Shown piece after piece: positions 37,217 through 42,136 of a stretch of 42,136 bases of DNA (position 1 is its first letter; every line of letters begins with the position of its first letter). The DNA lies in the NCBI GenBank assembly GCA_001871535.1, contig MNVF01000048.1, positions 1-42,136 of the forward strand. Direction: 5' to 3'. A model generated the notes under the pieces. It saw only the letters and a list, made by a program, of their open reading frames with translations. It had not been told where the DNA came from and searched no databases. The DNA is from Candidatus Micrarchaeota archaeon CG1_02_49_24 (GTDB taxonomy: Archaea > Micrarchaeota > Micrarchaeia > Anstonellales > UBA8471). The translations under genes and the position numbers were made by a program.

Positions 37217-37975
37217 ATGGTCGAATTAACTATTTTAGGCACTGGCGCATGGATAGCCGATGCAAAAAAGAAAAGATTTGGCCCGAGCGTTCTTCTTAAA
37301 AATGAGGGGAAAAACATACTTATTGATGCACCTGGCGGCATAAACTACCAACTCGCGCATGCTGGCTTGGTGGCAAATGACATTGACTATATTTTCCTTA
37401 CCCACCACCATCCTGACCATACCTCCGGGCTGATACAGCTTATCGGCGAAATGTATATCACGAGGAGGAGCGCCAAATCGCAGCTTACAATCGTTTCGCC
37501 CGAGCCTCAAAAGCTTGTGAGGCGCATCCTCAAGCCCTACAAATCCACATTCGACTCGATTGAGAAACTTAGTCAGTTCAAAATCAATTTCAAAAAGATA
37601 AAAAACGGCGCGCAAATAACCGGCATCGGCTTGAAAGAAACAGGAATTACCCCATGCAAATTAAATCATTCAAAAACAAACGAGGATTACGGCTACAGAT
37701 TTGAGTGCGAAGGAAAGAAGATTGCAATCACCGGAGACACTGCCTATTGCGAGGAGTTGGTTACGCTCCTGAGCGGCACGGATGTGGCAATCTGCGAATG
37801 CTCCCATGTGCAGAAGCTGCCAGGCCATCTCACTGCCTATGAGGCAAAGACAATGAGCCTGTTCACGAAAAAGCTAATTCCCTATCATATCTATCCGGGA
37901 TGGGATGTGAAAAAAGAGTTTAAAGGATTTGGGAACATCCATGTGGCGAAGGATTTGGAGCGGATTAAATTTTGA
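37217..37975 (+). CDS. RNase Z-like metallo-beta-lactamase
   Basis: LTILGTG, LIDAPGG, THHHPDH, TGDT, ICECS, GHLT, YHIYP. Confidence 0.85.
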   Translation: MVELTILGTGAWIADAKKKRFGPSVLLKNEGKNILIDAPGGINYQLAHAGLVANDIDYIFLTHHHPDHTSGLIQLIGEMYITRRSAKSQLTIVSPEPQKLVRRILKPYKSTFDSIEKLSQFKINFKKIKNGAQITGIGLKETGITPCKLNHSKTNEDYGYRFECEGKKIAITGDTAYCEELVTLLSGTDVAICECSHVQKLPGHLTAYEAKTMSLFTKKLIPYHIYPGWDVKKEFKGFGNIHVAKDLERIKF

Positions 37976-38206
37976 TTAAATATTATTGCATAGCTCGATA
38001 AACTCTGCCCTTGATAGTTCACTGTCTCTTAGAATTTTATGCAGGACGCCTATGCTTACTGGTCGTTTTTTGTGTATTGGAACCGTAATAAGAATCCCAT
38101 TAGCATTTTTCAGTTGTATATGGCTTCCTCTTTGTCTGACAGATACAAATCCCTTAAATGAGAGAATTTTCAATAATTTCTGCCCGGATATAAGCGGCAA
38201 TTTCAT
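37976..38206 (-). CDS. hicA: HicA-family toxin
   Basis: GF..VRQRGSH...TVPIH...GVLHKILR. Confidence 0.9.
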   Translation of the reverse strand: MKLPLISGQKLLKILSFKGFVSVRQRGSHIQLKNANGILITVPIHKKRPVSIGVLHKILRDSELSRAEFIELCNNI

Positions 38207-38415
38207 CGGGAAACCTCAATTTTCTGAATCCCGACCAATTCATATTTGGGGATATCTTTCTGCTCTTCAAGGCACATCTCTATGACTTCGCGTATGTTTT
38301 TCATTGCCTCATCTAATGTACCGCCCTGGGTATAACATCCCCTAAGGCTTGGAACTTCCACGATATAGATTCCATTCTCATCCTTCTCTATGATTGCGGT
38401 GAAAACCTGTTTCAT
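38203..38415 (-). CDS. hicB: HicB-family antitoxin (short form)
   Basis: VPSLRGCYTQG.TLDEAMKNIREVI. Confidence 0.9.
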   Translation of the reverse strand: MKQVFTAIIEKDENGIYIVEVPSLRGCYTQGGTLDEAMKNIREVIEMCLEEQKDIPKYELVGIQKIEVSR

Positions 38416-38504
38416 GATCCTCTTTCTGCAGATTCAAGTTTATAATCCTGTCTAAGGTTTCAAGAACATCCATCTGGCACAAGATTTGGAGAGCATTACT
38501 AAGG

Positions 38505-39491
38505 TTAGCTGATGGGAAGCCCAGCTATCGACAATTCCACTGCGGACAGGTGAAACCCTCCGGTATATATGAGAATATCTCCGCCCTTAAGTATTGCATT
38601 TGCAAGCAATTCCGAAACCTGGACTTTTAGTGGTTCATGGGCTGCGTAAACCTCTAATGTATTAAAGTGATTACTAAGTGTAGAGTAGGCCATTTGAGTT
38701 TGAGGTTGGCATGCTAACTTGACTGCGTTAACTGCCATTGAGTAGTTAAATACTTGTAATCCTTTCGTGAAAAAGTGTGGTTTAAATTCTTGGAATATGC
38801 GGTTTATGTCAATGGCGACAGGGCCTGCAGAGGCCGCAGAAGCGACCCAATAAACTAGCTCGGAAACAGCCATGAGTTCCATGATTTCTTCTTTAGATAT
38901 GTTAGCTTTCTGACTAACAGCATTGACAACCAGATTGGTTGCGTCGGTTCTAGCCTTCTCTCCAAGAATTTCAGCGTATTCAAAATCGTATCTGCCTCCG
39001 ATGGCATCAAAAGCTACGCAATCATCACAACCTTCCTGAAAACACTGGCGCGCAATGCTGGATATTTCCGCTTTGGCATTGCCATCGAGTGATTTGCTGT
39101 CCGCTGCGGTTTTCATCAACTTTAGGATGGCGCTGTGTATCAGAGCAGTTTTCTTAAACGTCACATCCCTAGCTGGGCCGCCTTTCCTTTCTTGTTTAAC
39201 CTTTTTTGTTCGCTCCCAGTCTTCCACTAGCACAGTTGTCCTATCTTTTTTGGTTGTAAGCGACAACGCAACCCCATTGAGAACTGCTGTAATTGACTTT
39301 AAAGAGTTATGCGTAACTGGGGCGATAACGTAGATATTAATGGGCCCTACGCTATGAACGTTCAGCCAGTCATCCTTTGGCTTGCCAAAATTTGAGCCAA
39401 CCATGGGAGATTGCAACTGAAACTGCCTGATTAAGCTGACTAATGGCTGTTGAAGTTTTGTAATAGACTGGGATAGAGGCCGGGATAGCAT
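38505..39491 (-). CDS. Hypothetical protein
   Basis: 328-aa ORF after an AT-rich promoter-like region; no motif recognised. Confidence 0.65.
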   Translation of the reverse strand: MLSRPLSQSITKLQQPLVSLIRQFQLQSPMVGSNFGKPKDDWLNVHSVGPINIYVIAPVTHNSLKSITAVLNGVALSLTTKKDRTTVLVEDWERTKKVKQERKGGPARDVTFKKTALIHSAILKLMKTAADSKSLDGNAKAEISSIARQCFQEGCDDCVAFDAIGGRYDFEYAEILGEKARTDATNLVVNAVSQKANISKEEIMELMAVSELVYWVASAASAGPVAIDINRIFQEFKPHFFTKGLQVFNYSMAVNAVKLACQPQTQMAYSTLSNHFNTLEVYAAHEPLKVQVSELLANAILKGGDILIYTGGFHLSAVELSIAGLPIS

Positions 39492-39660
39492 GAATGGCTG
39501 CAGGGATACTCACCTTTTTTGATAACACTATATCTTGTTGTAATTAATTATAAAACTATGTCACGATATCGTCTTATTTCGTATCTAAATATTTAAATAT
39601 GTGTCGTTTCCCTGATGAAAATGTAAGGGATATATTGGATATATAATTCATGCGTGAGTA

Positions 39661-41979
39661 ATGCTTTCCATGATTACCTCTTTACGCTTAATCAATTGGA
39701 AATCCCACCATGATTCCTCGTTCAAATTCACGAAAGGAATTAACCTGCTGGTGGGCATCATGGGCTCAGGGAAGAGCAGCGTGCTGGATGCTATTTGTTT
39801 CGCGCTGTTCGGCACGTTTCCAGCCCTTGAAAGGGGAAAGGTGAAGATTGCCGACCTGGTTAATTTCAGGAATAGGGATGCCGGATCAGTGATTGAGCTG
39901 GAGCTGGAGATTGGGGCAGATAAATATGGCATCAAGAGAGTGATTAAGGGAATCGGGGACACCAAGAAAAGCGATGCATTTTTCTACAAAAACGGAAGTC
40001 TGGTGGACAAGGGCGTGGCAGGAGTCAATGCGCTTGTGGAGAAGCATTTTGGCATTGATTATGATTTGTACACGCGGGCGATTTACTCGGCGCAAAACGA
40101 GATTGATTATTTCCTCAACCTGCCCCCCAGGAAAAGAAAGGAGGAGATTGACAGGCTGCTGGGGCTTGACAGGTTTGAATTGGCGCGCGGCAACCTGGTG
40201 GCCGTAACGAATAGGGTAAAATATATACTCACAACCATGCAGGAAGAGAGCGGGCTGAGGAAGCCTGAGGAATTGAAAGCGTCAATAGCCGGGCACGAGG
40301 CGAAACACGGCAAAATCTCAGGCGAGCTGGCCAGGCTCAGGCAGGAATCCGATGGACTGTCAAAGAGGGCAGGCGGGCTGAAATTGCAATACGACTCGCT
40401 CGCACAAAACAAAAAGCAATATGAGCAGATGTCCCAGCAGCAATCCAGGGCAACGATGATTGTGGAAAGGCTGGAGAGCGAGCTTAGGGATGCCGACACA
40501 GGCAAATTGGCAAAAGATTATGAAGAGCAAACGAATATCGTTGAAAGTTACAGGGTGCGGCTGGCGGATATACGTGCCAGCCTGAAAACCAGCCAGCAGG
40601 AGATGGGCAGGTATGAAAAGGAGGCAGGCGGGCTGGAGCGCGAGCTCAGCCAGATGGATGGAAAACGGGCGGAGGTTGAATTACTGCAGAGAAGCGTAAA
40701 AATAATCCTGGGCGATGCCGATTCAAAGCAATTTCTTGCGCTCCTCGAGCAGGAGACGAACAAGATGATTGGGCTGAAAAACCAGTTGGCAGCGGAAAAT
40801 GCGCGGGCAGGGGAGCTGAGAAAGCTCGAGGGGCTGCCTGATGCCGCGGGAACCTGCCCGGTGTGCAAGAAACCTTTGAGCGGCCATGAGGCATTGGTGC
40901 TCAAGAAAGAGCGGGAATTTGCAATCCAGACTATTGTTGAGGGCATAAAATCAATGGAACATGAGCTGATGGTGCTTACCACCAGCTATAAGATAAAGAA
41001 GGACTGCTATGAGCGGGCACGCTCATCTGCCGTGGGGATTGAAAGGTTGCAAACTGAATTGCTGGCTGAGCAGGGAGTCAAGGCAACGCTCGAGAGCCTG
41101 AAGGGCAGGCTGGAGATGGCACGGAACAGCCGCGAACTCCTGGAAAAGGAGGCGGCCGATTTGGATTCCCATCTGCAGAAGAATGCCCTCAGGCTCGGGC
41201 AGTTTTCACAGGTGAAGGCAAAATTCGACGAGCTGGATGCCAGCAAACAGGCGCTCCTTGAGGCAGGCAAGGCGCTGGCAGCCATTGATTATTCTGAAAA
41301 GGAGTTTGAATCGGTTGCCAAGGAGCTTGGGGAGGCGAAATTATCCCAGAAGGAAATCGAGGGGAAGCTGGCAATGGCCGCAAGGGAGGCGCAGTTTGTC
41401 TCTGAGAGATTAGTGGAGCTTAGGGCTGAGATGGCACGCAGAGAGGACAAGGGCAGGAAAATCGAGGCCTATGTGAATGCTGGGGTGGAGCTCAACAGGT
41501 TCAAGGAAGCGCTTGGCAAGACACAAATGACAGTCAGGGGCGATTTGATTGGCGCATTTAACGAGATTGTGAACGAGCTGTGGCCGTTTATTTACCCCTA
41601 CAGGGATTACACCCAAATCCGGCTGAATGTGACTGACATTGGCTATACATTCGAGGCGTTCAACGGCGAATGGAAATCATTCGAGGTGGTTGCCAGCGGC
41701 GGAGAAAAAGCCTGCCTGGCAATGGTGATGAGGGTGGCGTTTGCCATTGTGCTGGCGCCTGCTGCGGGCTGGCTAATCCTGGATGAGCCGACACACAATC
41801 TCGACAAGGAGGCAATTTTCATGTTCTCGGAAGCGCTTCAAAATAAAATACCCGGGATTGTGAACCAGACGTTTGTGATTACCCATGAAACATCGCTCCT
41901 GAATCTCACGGTGAACAAATACAGATTGGCAAGGGAGAAGGAATTGAATGAAGATACGGCTGTGGAAGTTGTTGCTTAG
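39661..41979 (+). CDS. rad50: Rad50/SbcC-type SMC ATPase
   Basis: GIMGSGKSS Walker A, long coiled coil, CPVC Zn hook, ASGGE signature, LILDEPT Walker B, VITH. Confidence 0.92.
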   Translation: MLSMITSLRLINWKSHHDSSFKFTKGINLLVGIMGSGKSSVLDAICFALFGTFPALERGKVKIADLVNFRNRDAGSVIELELEIGADKYGIKRVIKGIGDTKKSDAFFYKNGSLVDKGVAGVNALVEKHFGIDYDLYTRAIYSAQNEIDYFLNLPPRKRKEEIDRLLGLDRFELARGNLVAVTNRVKYILTTMQEESGLRKPEELKASIAGHEAKHGKISGELARLRQESDGLSKRAGGLKLQYDSLAQNKKQYEQMSQQQSRATMIVERLESELRDADTGKLAKDYEEQTNIVESYRVRLADIRASLKTSQQEMGRYEKEAGGLERELSQMDGKRAEVELLQRSVKIILGDADSKQFLALLEQETNKMIGLKNQLAAENARAGELRKLEGLPDAAGTCPVCKKPLSGHEALVLKKEREFAIQTIVEGIKSMEHELMVLTTSYKIKKDCYERARSSAVGIERLQTELLAEQGVKATLESLKGRLEMARNSRELLEKEAADLDSHLQKNALRLGQFSQVKAKFDELDASKQALLEAGKALAAIDYSEKEFESVAKELGEAKLSQKEIEGKLAMAAREAQFVSERLVELRAEMARREDKGRKIEAYVNAGVELNRFKEALGKTQMTVRGDLIGAFNEIVNELWPFIYPYRDYTQIRLNVTDIGYTFEAFNGEWKSFEVVASGGEKACLAMVMRVAFAIVLAPAAGWLILDEPTHNLDKEAIFMFSEALQNKIPGIVNQTFVITHETSLLNLTVNKYRLAREKELNEDTAVEVVA

Positions 41980-42018
41980 TTCATGGAAAATTACTCAGCC
42001 AGGGTATAAACATTAAAA

Positions 42019-42136
42019 ATCAGATTTTCCGAAGAGCCCATGACACTTTGGAGCGACCCGGGCCATGTGCGATTTCATGGGCGCTCGGGCGTCGGGTTTG
42101 CCACTCAGCATTGCCGTATGGCAAACCTCGCTCCGA
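42019..42136. repeat. Dispersed structured repeat, copy C (truncated by the window end)
   Basis: atcagattttccgaagagcc is identical to 1-20, followed by different GC-rich hairpins. Confidence 0.8.

Noticed and set aside
1..42136. CRISPR array or cas operon, suggested by the Csa3-like gene
   Set aside because: No regularly spaced 25-40-bp repeats with unique spacers and no recognisable cas genes.

Overview
Archaeal chromosomal window, probably from a DPANN (Micrarchaeota-like) genome. The taxon is inferred from EF-1beta with its Zn-ribbon neighbour, Rad50, a CCA-less tRNA-Arg(GCG), a histone-fold remnant and a Csa3-type CARF regulator. About 0.6-29.2 kb is a defence/RNA-stress island. It holds three wHTH + nucleotidyltransferase (AbiE-like) pairs, HNH, a type I R-M system (hsdM/S/R) with inserted genes, two AlbA_2/Schlafen-ATPase paralogs, an orphan CARF-wHTH regulator and PD-(D/E)XK, Mrr and NucS-type nucleases. 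It also holds VapBC, an RNA ligase, an RNase J-like MBL protein and Fic. About 30-42 kb is mostly housekeeping. Three things are not explained by the annotation. (1) A DIP1984/DUF6847-like coiled-coil gene is followed directly by a ~140-nt RNA-like three-way-junction structure whose large loop carries 6-8-nt periodic repeats, a candidate protein-ncRNA system. (2) A dispersed family of modular multi-hairpin elements shows compensatory base changes and sits at both window ends. (3) Short duplicated gene ends or starts recur around inserted cassettes, with no integrase or transposase in view. No CRISPR array, cas gene, reverse transcriptase or rRNA was seen. Family names come from motif recognition by eye, not database searches.
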